A stretch of 64,000 nt of DNA from Scyliorhinus canicula (taxonomy: Eukaryota): assembly GCF_902713615.1 (NCBI RefSeq), contig NC_052153.1, forward strand, positions 30,581,323 to 30,645,322, in the 5' to 3' direction. Under the pieces are notes generated by a model. The model was not told the DNA's origin. It made no database searches and was given only the letters and a program-made list of their open reading frames with translations. Position numbers and translations under genes: made by a program. Below, piece after piece: positions 48,246-61,860 of this stretch (position 1 is its first letter; each line of letters starts with the position of its first letter).

Positions 48246-49121
48246 AAAAGCTGTAATTTATCCTTCTCCAGCAGGATAGGCAGTGAATTGGGCTGAATGT
48301 TTAGGTCCTGGCTGGGGACTCAGAGGTGGGCAAGTGTGTAAATATGTGGCATCAGCTGGGATGTCAGTCCCCATCTCCATCCAGCCAGGGTTATTTTCTT
48401 GAAAGTGGGATAGGGTGGATGGCAGTGCACCTGTCTGCGTTTCAATTGACCTTCACAATGGCTATTGAGGCCATTCTCTAAGTTAAAATGAGTTGGACAG
48501 AGGGCGGCTCCATCTTGGGGTGGCCCCTCCCTCACTTACCTGTAATTGGGCAGCCTGCTATTCTTCCAGAGCCTCCTATCGATCCTTCAATTATGAGAAC
48601 CTGTATGTATCCTCAATTGGAAGGCAAGTCTGCCGTCAGGCCACCAAGTGGACAATTTGCGGAAAGTCGCAGCTGGGTTACTATTTGCCTCTGTGAGCGC
48701 TTCTGGGCCCCCATTTGGGTTTCAGGCAGAGTTCCAAAGCCCACGTTCCTGTCCTTTAATGTAGTTCTCCTTCCTTAATATTATTTACACAGCTAACATG
48801 TTACTCTGCAGGAACCTCAACATAATGCCAGTATTAAAGTCTCTGGGGGAAAAACTAATGTAGCACCACTTCTTGTGGTATTATGGCAGACTTACCTAAA
48901 ATGTTCTGGGGCAGACTGTTAGGAACGTGAATGCATTTTTGCCCTGTTTGGTTAGCATCTGTACTCCACTGCATTTAATGCCATTGAGGTCTTGGATTCC
49001 CCTACACCTTGATCTGTGCAGGAAGATTAAAAGTATTATTGACGCTCTGTTGTACCCCATGAATGAATTGAGATAACTGGTACTTTAGTTAAGAGTAGGA
49101 TCAATTCCGATAGTTACCTCA

Positions 49122-49467
49122 GGGGCCTCACGGTAGCATGGTGGTTAGCATCAATGCTTCACAGCTCCAGGGTCCCAGGTTCGATTCCCGGCTGGGTCAC
49201 TGTCTGTGTGGAGTCTGCACGTCCTCCCTGTGTGTGCGTGGGTTTCCTCCGGGAGCTCCGGTTTCCTCCCACAGTCCAAAGATGTGCGGGTTAGGTGGAT
49301 TGGCCATGATAAATTGCCCGTAGTGTAAGGTTAATGGGGGGATTTTTGGGTTACGGGTATACGGGTTACGTGGGTTTAAAGTAGGGTGATCATTGCTCGG
49401 CACAACATCGAGGGCCGAAGGGCCTGTTCTGTGCTGTACTGTTCTATGTTCTATGTTCTATGTTCTA
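49122..49467 (+). mobile_element. HE1-like SINE, young subfamily
   Basis: Full head, V-domain and (gttctat)n tail matching the CR1 tail. Confidence 0.95.
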
Positions 49468-49509
49468 AGGTTTGGGGACTTCAGAAAACCTCTAATTAAC
49501 CCTTTAACA

Positions 49510-49704
49510 TTAAAAAAATTCCAATTAATGAACAATTTAGTGTGGCTAATCCACCTACCCTGCACATCTTTGGGTTGAGGTGGTGAGACCCAGGCAAACA
49601 CGGGGAGAATGTGCAGACTCCACATGGACAGTAGCCGGGGCCATGATCGAACCCGGGTGCTCAGCGCCGTGAGGCAGCAGCGCTAACCACTGCACCACCA
49701 TGCC
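49510..49704 (-). mobile_element. HE1-like SINE, poly(A)-tailed type
   Basis: Same subfamily as 17197-17428. Confidence 0.85.
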
Positions 49705-49774
49705 TCTCAGGTTTTCCAAGGGCATAGAGAATGGAATCTCCATGGAAAGCCTGGAATTCGCCAGATACAACTTT

Positions 49775-50592
49775 NNNNNNNNNNNNNNNNNNNNNNNNNN
49801 NNNNNNNNNNNNNNNNNNNNNNNNNNNNNNNNNNNNNNNNNNNNNNNNNNNNNNNNNNNNNNNNNNNNNNNNNNNNNNNNNNNNNNNNNNNNNNNNNNNN
49901 NNNNNNNNNNNNNNNNNNNNNNNNNNNNNNNNNNNNNNNNNNNNNNGAGGGAGGGGGGGGGGGAGGGGGGGGGGGGGAGGGGGGGGGGGGAGGGGGGGGG
50001 GGGAAGGGGGGGGGGAGGGGGGAGGGAGGGGAGGGGGAGGGGGGGGGGGAGGGGGGTGGGGGAGGGGGGGGGGGGGAGGGGGGAGGGTGGGGGGGGGAGG
50101 GGGGAGGGGGGGGGGAGGGGGGGNNNNNNNNNNNNNNNNNNNNNNNNNNNNNNNNNNNNNNNNNNNNNNNNNNNNNNNNNNNNNNNNNNNNNNNNNNNNN
50201 NNNNNNNNNNNNNNNNNNNNNNNNNNNNNNNNNNNNNNNNNNNNNNNNNNNNNNNNNNNNNNNNNNNNNNNNNNNNNNNNNNNNNNNNNNNNNNNNNNNN
50301 NNNNNNNNNNNNNNNNNNNNNNNNNGGGGAGGGGGGGGGGGGAGGGTGGTGAGGGTGGGGGGGGGGAGGGGGGGGGGGGGGGGAGGGGGGGGGGGGGGGA
50401 GGGGGGGGGTGGGGGGGAGGGGGGGGGGGGGGGGGGGGGGAGGGGGGGAGGGGGGGGGGGGGGGAGGGGGGGGGGGAGGGGGAGGGGGGGGGGGGGGAGG
50501 GGGGGGGGAGGGGTGGGGGGAGGGGGGGGGGGGGAGGGGGGGAGGGGGGGGGGGGGGGGGTGGAGGGGGGGGGGAGGGGGGGGGGGGAGGGG

Positions 50593-50624
<32 letters not shown>

Positions 50625-50666
50625 GGGGAGGGGGGAGGGGGGGGGGGGGGAGGGGGGGGGGGGGGG
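49775..50666. other. Assembly gaps (N 49775-49946 and 50124-50325) within a poly-G/GA tract
   Basis: N runs and near-pure G runs are seen directly. Confidence 0.97.
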
Positions 50667-51310
50667 TTGTTGTTGATGGTGCTGGTACTGGCTTAGAAAA
50701 GTTCAACTTATATGGCCATCCGACTGAAACAAACTGGGCAAACAGCGAGGAATCAGGTAAACAAGTTCCACAACAAATATCGCAACAAATCCCCTCAGAC
50801 AAAATATACTTCTGTCCTCTCCTGCCCAAGCAATTTCAGAGGCAAAGTGCTCAGGAGTTTCAAAGTAAAGATCAAAGAGAAGTCTTTTGGAATATATTAT
50901 CAGGTTAGCACTACTGGAGCAGAGGTGCATGGGTGCGAGAAGCAAATAGATGCCATTTAGGAGGTAGAAAAGATTAATGGCCTTGGTAACATTGTGACTG
51001 ATTTATCAAAATGGATGGACTCACTGGCCCTTCTTCTATTCTTGTGTTTTTCAGTCCCTGGTGCTCCTTCAGCTAAGTTGAATTGATGGAAATCTGGCCT
51101 CTTCTAGCAATCTGCTCCTGGTCTATGCTCCCAATTGCCTCCTATCCCCTTTTTACATTGTTTCTGGCATGTCAACAGCTGTTTGTCTCTCCTCCTGTAC
51201 CCCAAACATTGCTCCCATCTAATGTTGAATCTCTCGACAACCCTTGTGCTTTACGAGACAACTCCATGTTTTTATTTCCGTTTATCTCTTCCATTTCATG
51301 GATTGTAAGT

Positions 51311-51631
51311 ATTGGATTGGATTGGATTTGTTTATTGTCACGTGTACCGAGGTACAGTGAAAAGTATTTTTCTGCAAGCAGCTCAACAGATCATTCAGTG
51401 CATGGGAAGAAAAGGAATTAACAGAATTCAAGAAAATACATGAGAATACATAATAGGGCAACACAATATACAATGTAACTCATAAGCATTGGCATCGGAT
51501 GACGCAGGACATGGGTGTAGTGTAATGAGGTCAGTCCATAAGAGGGTCATTTAGGAGTCTGGTGACAGTGGGGAAGAAGCTGTTTTTGAGTCTGTTCGTG
51601 CGTGTTCTCAGACTTCTGAATCTCCTGCCCG
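51311..51631 (-). mobile_element. Rex1/Babar-type LINE 3' end
   Basis: GRRFRSLRTRTNRLKNSFFPTVTRLLN, then a 3' UTR ending cacgtgacaataaacaaatcc; a tail-only copy lies at ~34938-35003 (+). Confidence 0.75.
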
Positions 51632-52747
51632 TACTGATTAGTGAAGAGTTTATTTTCCTCTCTTCTGTGGGCTCATTCCTGCTGCAACAGCCTGCTGTTG
51701 TCTTCTGCCCACTTTCCAATATATCTTGCAGACCACAGCCTGAAGGCAACTTGATTATAGCTCCGCACGGTTAATCTGAATGCATTCCCATGTAATTGGC
51801 ACCTCATTTAATCACACATGAAATTGTCAGTGAAAGGGTTGCTCACGTAAAGCACATCAAACTTGAAAACCATCAAAATTGAATCATGGCAGAATAAACT
51901 GACACACAATTTTGTGCGTCACATGTAATTATGTAACCAAATCTAGTAAAACTCTTTTAAGGGCATTTCGTCTCACATTATGTTTGGTACGATTGGCTAC
52001 CTTCCCTATATTATACAGTATTGCCACAAAAGGGACGTGAAAACATTGCTTCATTGACATTCATGTGATGTGGTCCATTTGATAGCTTCAGGTAGTAAGC
52101 AGGAGGTTCAGTACATTTCAACATAGAAGATTGGAGGAAAAGCAAGAGGAAAGGAAAGGGAAACCTGTGTGGAAGGTGCAACTAGCGGTGAATTGTGTTG
52201 AAATCTGGAGCTAATATTTCCTGCATTTACCTATTGTTAGCCATCTGTTTGTTGTAAAGGATTCAGGGAAGTTCTTCTGTTGCCTGCTTCTGATGAAATG
52301 TGAATGCACATCAGTTAACTGTGTCAGCCCAGTTTAATTCTTGTCCAGATTTTGAGCACCACAATGTGATTGGTTTATGCAGAAAACTGCAACGTGGCCA
52401 TTTCCAACTGGAACTTTCCCAAGTAGTGTGTGTAAGTGGAGTTTCTGGTGGGGTCATCTCAGAAACACCAGTAGGCTTCATTCCTGAGAGATTTCACTGC
52501 CGATATCACTGCCGATCCACAGCTCACACTGTTTCAAGCGTTGCTACACTCTCACCAATGTTTGTAACACCTGGAAACGTATCATTGTTAAGGGCAGGAG
52601 AGGACAGTTGATATTCGTTGTATCCCAAACCAAACCTGGCTTAGGGTTGAGTGATGCTGGCTGTCGTTCCAAATTGCAGGAAAAAAATTAATTCCCACAG
52701 TATTGCCATCTTTAGTTTGATCAAAACAGAACTAATAAAGTTGCACC

Positions 52748-53382
52748 CAGGTTAATAGGGCTGTAAGAAGGCATATGGTGTGCTAGCCTTTATCAGTAGG
52801 GGGATTGAGTTTCGGAGCCACAAGGTCATGCTGCAGCTGTACAAAACTCTGGTGCGGCCGCCAGGAGTATGCGTGCAGTTCTGGTCACCACATTATAGGA
52901 AGGATGTGGAAGCTTTGGAAAGGGTCAGAGGAGATTTACTAGGATGTTGCCTGGTATGGAGGGAAGGTCTTACGAGGAAGGCTCAGGACTGAGGTTGTTT
53001 TTGTTAGAGAGGAGAGAAGGCTGAGAGGTGACTTAATAGAGACATATAAGATAGTCAGAGGGTTCGATAGGGTGGACAGTGAGAGTCTTTTTCCTCGGAT
53101 GGTGATGACCAACACAAGGGGGACGTAGCTTTAAATTGAGGGGTGGTAGATATAGGAAGATGTCAGAGGGCAATTTCTTTACTCAGAGAGTAGTAGGGGT
53201 GTGGAACGCCCTGCCTGCAACTGTAGTCGACTCTCCAAATTTAAGGGCATTTAAGTGGTCACTGGATAGACATATGGATGAACATGGGAATAGTGTAGGT
53301 CAGATAGGATTCAGAGGTTTTCACGGGTCGGCGCAACATCGAGGGCCGAAGGGCCCGTACTGCGCTGTAATGTTCTATGTCT
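52748..53382 (+). mobile_element. CR1 LINE 3' fragment
   Basis: LAFISRGIEFRS..LQLYKTLVRP..VQFWSPHYRKDVEALERV; tail cgagggccgaagggcc..gttctatg. Confidence 0.92.
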
Positions 53383-55684
53383 AACCCATCCCCATCGCCA
53401 TGCCCACATAACGAGCAGGTTAACCCTTATCACATATCAATAGAGTCATCAAAATCATCCAGTAGACCAGCCCCTGGGCTATGCTCATGGTACACCAATA
53501 CCACCTGAGATTATTGATCATACGATCAGTGTCTATCACTGAGCCAAGGCTGGCAGTACAGCTCATTAGAATAGCACCAAAAATACAACTTCATCTATTT
53601 TATCTTAACATTTTTAAGTTGCTTCTGCTTTCTTGGAACAGTCACAGAATCATATTGTGGCACAGGTTCAGGCAAAGAACCACAACAGGAGGCTGAACAG
53701 TCGATCTCAGGCACATGCAGGGGATTGTGGAGTAATTCAGTAGGTTTTATCTCAGGGTTAGATTCTGGTCTGGAAAATCTTTACTGAGCTCCTCTCCTCT
53801 GCAGCTCTATCCATGACATCTGTTACCCTTTACCCCTCCAGACGCCTATTCCCCTTTTGTTTAAGATACCACACTGTAATTATCATAAATAGTGCCTTTT
53901 TGTATGTTATTGACTCTCCCATTTCAAAACCCACAATCACCCGTTCCTCAAAAGCCAAACCTCAAACCGCTCAATTATTGAAATCTACTGCTGCATTTCC
54001 AACCTCACTTTCTTCTCAAAAGTCCTTAAAATGTCAAATTCCAAATCCGTGACCTTTTTTTTTTAGGAATTCCATGTTTGATTATCTTCAGTCCAAAGTT
54101 TGCCCCCACAATAGTACTGAAGTACTTAATTAAGGTCTCAAACTACATTTTCTTTCACCATGACAATATGTATTATCCCTACTCATCTCTATAAATCACT
54201 TGTTACTTGTTTAATAATAGTCAAAGAATCTTCAGAAATGACTCTTTTCTAGCCATTCTTCATGCTATGACATTTAAAGATCCCGGGGAGGTGGTGGTGG
54301 AATGGTGGGGGTGTTGAAGGGGTTAGATAGTGCAAGTCAGAGTTGCGCTCAGTGGCTCCAGAAGCAGTGGAACCTTGGGGCAGACAAGTGCCAATGCAGT
54401 CTGTTAGTTGGCCTCCTTGTTTCTTTGTATTTTGTTCCACTTGTCTCAGAAGCTGTCGGGCATGTTAGCCTCATGCCTCACCCCAACCACCTCCCCATGT
54501 ACTCCCCCATACTCTCCCTAGCCACTTCATGGATCCACACCAGTCTCCAGCATATGCAGACCTCAGAACCATGTGGAGATATAGATATAGAAAAACTTTC
54601 ACCAATCATATACTGTTCTCAGTCTCACTTAATAGTGATAAAAAAAATCATAAAACTTATTGCAAACTTTTAATTCTTCTTAATGGTTAATCTCTTATAA
54701 AAGCAAACTTTCGGCTCTGTAAGCTGTCAATCAACTTTTAATTCAGGACTCAGGCGCAGATAATGGAGCTTTTGAAACTCAGTCAAGTATTCATAATGGC
54801 ATAAACTATTGTTGGGGAAAAGTCAACGCATCTGTAGTAACACATGTTACTGTTTTCAGCAACAGAGGGATCTCAATTGAAGCAGTCCAGCAGCAGGTAT
54901 TTTTTTAAATTCCCCTCAATGATAGCTGCAGCTAGTGCTTTTGTAGTTTAAACAAGCAGTGGGATTTTTAAAAAAATTACTCCAGATCATGACAGTTATA
55001 CAGATTCTATGCCACTTATGTCAGCTCCATCAATTGTGGCTCACACACTGCGGGATTAGATCCTTGAAACAGCAAAACAGGAGTTTGTTTGAACTCAGTA
55101 CTGAGTTCAAATGATCCAGCTGAGTTGGGTTTCCTCCTGTGTGAGTCAATGCCCCTCCCCTTTTCCCTACAGGCGTAATTTGGATATGTTTGAAATAGGC
55201 ATGGAATTTCTACATTCAAATCCATTCCTACCATTTTTAAAGGTTTGTGATAACACCCTGATCTGTGACAATCTGGTCTATAAACTCAGATTCCACTTAT
55301 TCTTTGGGAACACTTCAGCTCTATCTCTCCACCACCTTTTTCAAACCCTGCATTGCTTCCCCCAGTGCTGGATGAGCTGTAACTTTCCTCCAATTGAACA
55401 TTGGCCATGTCTTTGCATTCAGTCCCCATGTCAAACTCATTTTCCTTGTCACCAATTCTCTTCCCTTCCCTGGTTAATGTTCTGGGTTTAACCAAAACTG
55501 TTTTGCACCCTTGTGCTGTAATTAAAACACAATAATTGGCCTATCCGCTTTCATCTCCAACTCCAGTTGAACCCACAGGTATGCCTTTTCATTTAACACT
55601 GAACTATTCCACCATCTCAAAAGTTGAAGTTTATAAAGGATGGACTGGAGGGCATGTTAGCTTTACAAGGTGCCACGGTGCATA

Positions 55685-55800
55685 AAGCCAGAGATTCCCG
55701 TACCAGCCTCCCCGAACAGGCGCCGGAATGTGGCGACTAGGGGCTTTTCACAGTAACTTCATTTGAAGCCTACTTGTGACAATAAGCCATTTTCATTCAG
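55685..55800 (+). mobile_element. Short tRNA-SINE, 3' part
   Basis: Reverse complement of 38985-39085. Confidence 0.85.
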
Positions 55801-58299
55801 ATTACCCACACATGATTCTGACAGATGTCCCACACTAATTTAACTCTGAAAGCAGCATTGTTTACTTCAAGTTGAGACTTCCACCTCTTTCTAGAGAGGG
55901 TGTCTCACCTCAGAGAGTTGCCGATTGATCAAATAGTTGGCTCTCTGTAGGCTCAGCAGCACCAGGTCGGAGGTGGTGGCCACGCCTGGGACTGCAGGCA
56001 GTGCTACCATGCCAAAGTGCTCAGGTAATGTAGAGTCAGGGGTCTCAGTAAGGAGGATGGAGGTCCTGATGCGAGGGGACTGGGAGGAGGATTAAAAGGG
56101 GGATGATCTGTGAGTGGAAGTGACCCTTGTGGGGATGATGTCAATGATAGGCTCAGGGGGCTCGTAAAGGAGGTCTCCTTCACTCTTTCACGACACCAAC
56201 CCACAGAGCTCAAGGTGCTGGGCTCCCCATATAATGTGGCCTTCTCCAGTTATGGGTAAAAACCCATAGCAACCTGGGTTTCCCAGGTCGCATTTAAGGG
56301 GTACCTCGATGGTGCGTTTCCTGAATCTCTTTTGGGCGGTTCCCAAGCAAGGGTTTGCCCATCAATTGCCGAGAAGCACTAACTTCCTCCGGACAATTGC
56401 GTCAGGCTGGGAATAATCTGACACAGGACCATTTAAATCGCAAACTTCGGATGGTTCAAGCAACATTTACTCTGAAAGACAGAGGGAACAAAATCACTAC
56501 GAACTCCCCAATAACTATTTGAACACCCAGACCCAAACTCACGCAGGGCTTTCCCTCAGACACACACGCCTCCGCCAGCAGACACCCCACACCACACCCT
56601 TCCCGAACCGACTGTGCCCTCCCATCAGCCCAACCCCCCAATCCGAACTCGACCACCAACCCTCTCCCCACCCCACTCCGGTCCAACTGCTCCTTCCAGT
56701 CCTACCCCACCTCCTGGTCAGACACATTCCACTCCCAGGGCGACCCCGGCCACCCCTCTCCAATCCCCCCTCCCAGTCGGAATCCCCAATTCTGTCTGAC
56801 CTCCCCCAAGTCCGACACACCCACCCTCCTGATCCGATCCTCTTCTCCGTCTGACCCCCCCCCCCCCCCTCCCACCCAGATGGACTCATCCTCTTCCTGG
56901 ATGGACCGCACCCCCGCCCCCCATCCCCTAACCACCCCGACACTGGTCTAACCCTGTTCATGCCCCCCTCATCCCCCCCACCCTTTCTGGTCTCCCACCC
57001 CATCTGTCTTCCCTGCTGGTCCAACTCCATCTTATGTTCCGATCCCCTAATCCTAGATGGACCCAACCTCTCCAGACTGATCCCTGTCCTCCAGTCTAAA
57101 CCCTCCCCTAGTTCGTAACACCCCCCACCCCCGTCTGATGCAAGCACCTCCTCCAAGACTGGTATTTCTTTCCCAGAATGATGTCCCCTTTCCCAGACAG
57201 ATTGCCTGACCCTTCCAAACCGCCCCCACCCCCTCCCAAAGGTCTTACCCACATCCTGGTTTAACCCCCCTCCTGGCTGACCCCCCCCCCCACCCTGTCT
57301 GATACCGCTCCCAAGTCCAGCCCCATGCCCAAACACGTATGGTCTGACCTGGACCCTCCAACCCTCATCCCCCCATCCCTGTCTCTCCCCCCCCCCCCCC
57401 CCCCCCCCCCCCCGCCTTCCCTCTCATTCTCTCAGCCACTTACATTGAAACTTATCTTCTCCTTCAAGTGATGGGTTGCTTGGCTCCTCTCCCACCTCTC
57501 ATAAAATTTCAGACAGGTTGGGCGAGAGTGGTTAGGTCAGGGAAGACCACCTGCTAGACATTATGTACTACCTGTCTTCAAAACTGCCAGTGAGGTCAAA
57601 TTCAGCCCAATGTTGCTGAGGGAATTTACAACTGATACTGTGTTAAGTGGCTTTGGGACAGAAAAAGATGGTACCAAATGTTCCAGGGTGGATTGTCATT
57701 TTGTAAAGGGCGAAGTAGTTAAATAAAATGCAATGGATTCCTCCATACTGGCAATCATATCTTACAGAGTGTTTTTCTCACTAACTCTTTGAATTGCGGG
57801 TGCAAATATGTTTGTATTTATGTACAGGAGGACACCAATCCTGGAACTTAGCAGTTGAGGGGGCCGTTCGACTAATCTTCTCTCCAACACTTTCTTTGCA
57901 CCTCCTCACTCATTATATACATTTTACCTGTGCTTTCAGGTCTCGTTCTAATTCTAATTTACATGCTCTAATAAATACTCCGTACTACAAATGGGGTGCA
58001 TCATTTTGTGTGTCATCAGGTAGAAGCCTCTTTATCTTCATGTTCTCGAGATGTAACCCTCAGCCAGACATGTGGAAATACTAGGAATTTATTGTTTTCA
58101 GCAACAGAATGCTTGTAATAGATTTCACTAACTAACACATGCCGTGTACCTAAGCATTCTATTGACAAAATGACTCACTGTGACAAATTCAAAGCAGGAA
58201 AATAAGCAATATGGTACTGGCCTGGAGATGGCCTGGGCACCTGAATAGACTTTTCCAGTGTGTTGTGCAGTGTGTTGTCCCACAGTATACAAACCTAAT

Positions 58300-58884
58300 G
58301 CTCTAGCAGGCTCCTGGGCTGGAGGATGGATGTAGGGGAGATGGGGGAAGGGGGGGGGGGATATGGGAGAAGGGGGATGTGGGGGCAGGGAAAGGGGGAT
58401 AAGGAGGAAGGGGGGATATAGGGGCAGGGAAAGGGGGATAAGGAGGAAGGGGGGATATGGGGGCAGGGAAAGGGGGATAAGGAGGAAGGGGGGGATATGG
58501 GGAAGGGAAAGGGGGATATGTGGGCAGGGGGGATATGGGGGCAGGGGGGATATGGGGGCGGGGGGGTATGGGGGCGGGGGGGTATGGGGGCGGGGGGGGG
58601 TATGGGGCGGGGGGGTATGGGGGTTAGGCAGTGGGGGGGTCTCACTTGGCGCTGCGCGGCAGGCGACCATTTTGCCGTGTTTTCGGGGGGCGTCTTTTTT
58701 GCAGTGACACCGCATGGCTCACTGACGACGCACGTGTCCATGACGTGTGACGCCGTCACGAATTGCGCCACACTGCTACTAGCCCATTCCAGGCTGGAGA
58801 ATTCACGATGTTTCGGGGGGCCCGACGTCAGAGTGATTTGCGCCGTTTTTGGGCCATCGCGCCGATTCACGGAGAATCCCGCCC
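58300..58884 (-). mobile_element. Internally deleted Harbinger end (Myb ATG fused to a splice donor) with a 39-bp G-rich minisatellite
   Basis: TIR ggagaatcccgccc (58871-58884); minus-strand ATG GTC GCC TGC CGC GCA GCG CCA A|gtgag (58670-58646); 39-bp repeats at ~58380-58520. Confidence 0.7.
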
Positions 58885-58894
58885 CGTGTTCCTG

Positions 58895-61860
58895 AGAGAA
58901 TGAAGGATAAGTATGGGAAGTTTAGGGAGCCTTGGATAGCGAGGGATATTGTGAACCTCGTCAGAAAGAAAAAAGAGGCTTTTGTACCATCTAGAAGTTG
59001 AAGGGGCAGTCAAAATCCTTGAGGAGTATAAAGAAAGTACATAAGAACTAGGAGCAGGAGTAGACCATCTGGCCCCTTGAGCCTGCTCCTCTATTTAATG
59101 AGATCATGGCTGATCTTTTGTGGACTCAGCTCCACTTTCCCGCCCGAACACCAAAACCCTTAATCCCTTTATTCTTCAAAAAACTAAAACCCTAACCCTA
59201 ATCTTTATCCTGAAAACAGTTAATGAAGTCAACAGTCAACTGATTCACTGGGCAGGGAATTTCATAGATTCACTATCCTTTGGGTGAAGAAGTTCCTCCT
59301 AAACTCAGTCCTAAATCTACTTCCCCTTATTTTGAGGCTATGCCCCCTAGTTTTGCTTTCAGCCGCCAGTGGAAATAACCTCCCTGCATCTATCCTATCT
59401 ATTCCCTTCATAATTTTATAATTCTATAAATTCCAACGAGTACAGTCCCAGTCTACTCAACCTCTCCTCATAATCCAACCCCTTCAGCTCTGGGATCAAC
59501 CTAGTGAATCTCCTCTGCACACGCTCCAGTGGCAGTACATCCTTTCTCAAGTAAGGAGACCAAAACTGAACACAATACTCCAGGTGTGTCCTCACGAACA
59601 CCTTATACATTTGCAGCATATCCTCCCTAGTCTTAAACTCCATCCCTCTAGCAATGAAGGACAAAACTCCATTTGCTTTCTTAATCACCTATAAACCAAC
59701 TTTTTGCGACTCATGCACTAGGACACGCAGGGTCCCTCTGCACAGCAGCATGTTTTAATATTTTAGCATTTAAATAATAATCCCTTTTGCTGTACTCCTA
59801 CCAAAGTGGATAACCTCGCATTTGTCAACATTGTATTCCATCTGCCAGACCTTAGCCCATTCACTTAAACTATCCAAATCCCTCTGCAGACTTCCAGTAT
59901 CCTCTGCATGTTTTGCTTCACCACTCATCTTAGTGTCGTCTGCAAACTTGGACACGTTGCACTTGGTCCCCAACTCCAAATCATCTATGTAGAAGGAAGG
60001 TGGGAAATTAGGAGGGCTCGGAGGGGTCATGAAAATTCCTTGGCAAATAGAATTGAGGTGAACCCCAAAGCTTTTTATTTCATATGTAAAAGCAAGCAGA
60101 TGGCCAGGGAAAGGATTGGACCACTCAAGGACAGTGGGGGGATTCTATGTGTTGAGCCAGAGGAAATAGGTGAGGTACTAAATGAGTACTTTGCATCAGT
60201 GCTCACCAAAGAAGAGGACTTTGTGGAAAATGATTCTCGGGTAGGGTGTGTGGAACGTCTGGTCATGTTGACATCAAAAAGGAGGGCGTATTGGGTGTTT
60301 TAAAATATAATAAGGTAGATAAGTCTCCAGGGCTGGGTGGGATTTACCCCAGAATACTGAGGGAAGCAAGGGAGGAAAGTGCTGGGGCCTTAACTGACAT
60401 CTTTGTATCCTCATTGGCTACAGGTGAGATCCCAGTGGACTGGAGAATAGCTAATACGATGCCGCTGTTAAGAAAGGTAGCTTGGATAATTCTGGAAACT
60501 ATTGGCCGGTGAGCCTCACATCGGTTGTCGGCAAATTATTGGAGAGAATTCTCAGGGACAGGATTTACACTCATTTGGAAACAACTGGACTCATCAGTTA
60601 TAGACAGCAAGGTTTTGAGAAGGGGAGGTCGTGCCTCACTAACTTGATCGAGTATTTTGAGCAGTGATAAAGATGATTGATGAGGCGAGGACAATGGATG
60701 TTGTTTGCATGGACTTAGCGTTTGACAAGGCGCCTCATGGCAGACTGGTACAAAAGTCACACGGGATCAGAGGTTAGGTGGCAAGATGGATACAGAACTG
60801 GCTCAGTGACAGAAGGTAAAGGGTTACAGTAGAAGGGTAAATTTATGAATGGAAGGTTGTGACTAGTGGTGTTCCACAGGGATGAGGTGCTGGGGCCTCT
60901 GTTGTTTGTAGTATACATAAAGATTTGGAGGAAAATATAGCTGGGCTGATTAGTAAGTTCACGGATGACTCTAAGATTGGTGGAGTGGCAGATAGTGTTG
61001 AGGATTGTCAGAGAATACAGCAGGACATAGATTGGAGACTTTGGCAGAGAAATGGCAAATAGAGCTTAATCCAGAAAAATGTGAGGTCATGCATTTTGGT
61101 AGGTCTAACATAGAGGGGAATATATAATAAATGGCAAAACTCTAAGCAATATAGAAAGTCAGAGAGATCTGGGCGTACAGGTCCACAGATCTTTGACAGT
61201 GGCAACACAAGTGGACAAGGTAGTCAGGAAAGCATATGAATGCTTGCCTTTATGGACAGGGCATCGAGTATAAAAACTGGCAAAGTCATGCTACAGTTGT
61301 ATGGAACCTTGGTAATGCCACACTTGGAATATTGCGCACAATTCTGGTCACCACAATACCAGAAGAATGTGGAGGCTTTGAAGAGGGTGCAGAGGAGGTT
61401 TACCAGGATGTTGCCTGGTCCGCAGGGTGTTAGCTATGTGGAGAGGCTGAATAGACTCGGACTGTCTTCATTAGAATTATGGAGGTTGAAGGGTGACCTG
61501 ATAGAGGTCTACAAGATTATGAGAGGCATGATAGAGTGGTTGGGCAGGCACTCTATCCAGGGTTGAGGGGTCAGCCACTAGTGGCCATAGGTTTAAGGTA
61601 TGTGGGACAAAGTTTAGAGGAGATGTGTGAGGTAGGTTTTTTTACACAGAGGGTGGTGAGTGCCTGGAAGGCGTTGCTAGGGGAGGTTATGGAAGCAGAT
61701 ACATTAACGGTGTTCAAAAGACATCTCAACAGATACATGGATAGGATGGGTACAGAGAGATACGGCACTAGGAACTGCTGTTGGTTTTGGCCAAGGGTGG
61801 TATCATGACCGGTACAGGCTTGGTATACTGAAGGATCTGTTCCCGAGCTGTATTGTTCTT
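58895..61860 (+). mobile_element. CR1 LINE ORF2 pseudogene
   Basis: EIGEVLNEYFASV, DKSPGLGGIYPRILRE, GNYWPVSLTSVVGKLLE, FTDD, LVMPHLEYCAQFWSP; many frameshifts. Confidence 0.93.
59040..59988 (-). mobile_element. CR1 LINE (different family) nested in antisense orientation
   Basis: [44 protein letters not shown]; tail cataagaactaggagcagg. Confidence 0.92.

Noticed and set aside
49555-50908. Poly-Pro and poly-Gly ORFs of 300-420 aa
   Set aside because: Translation of N gaps and poly-G.
56456-57420. Pro/Gly-rich ORFs in a C-rich region
   Set aside because: Low-complexity interior of an interspersed repeat; no domain signal.
59188-59202. Interstitial telomeric repeat (ccctaa)2
   Set aside because: Only two units, and it resembles a local duplication of aaaacccttaat about 35 bp upstream.
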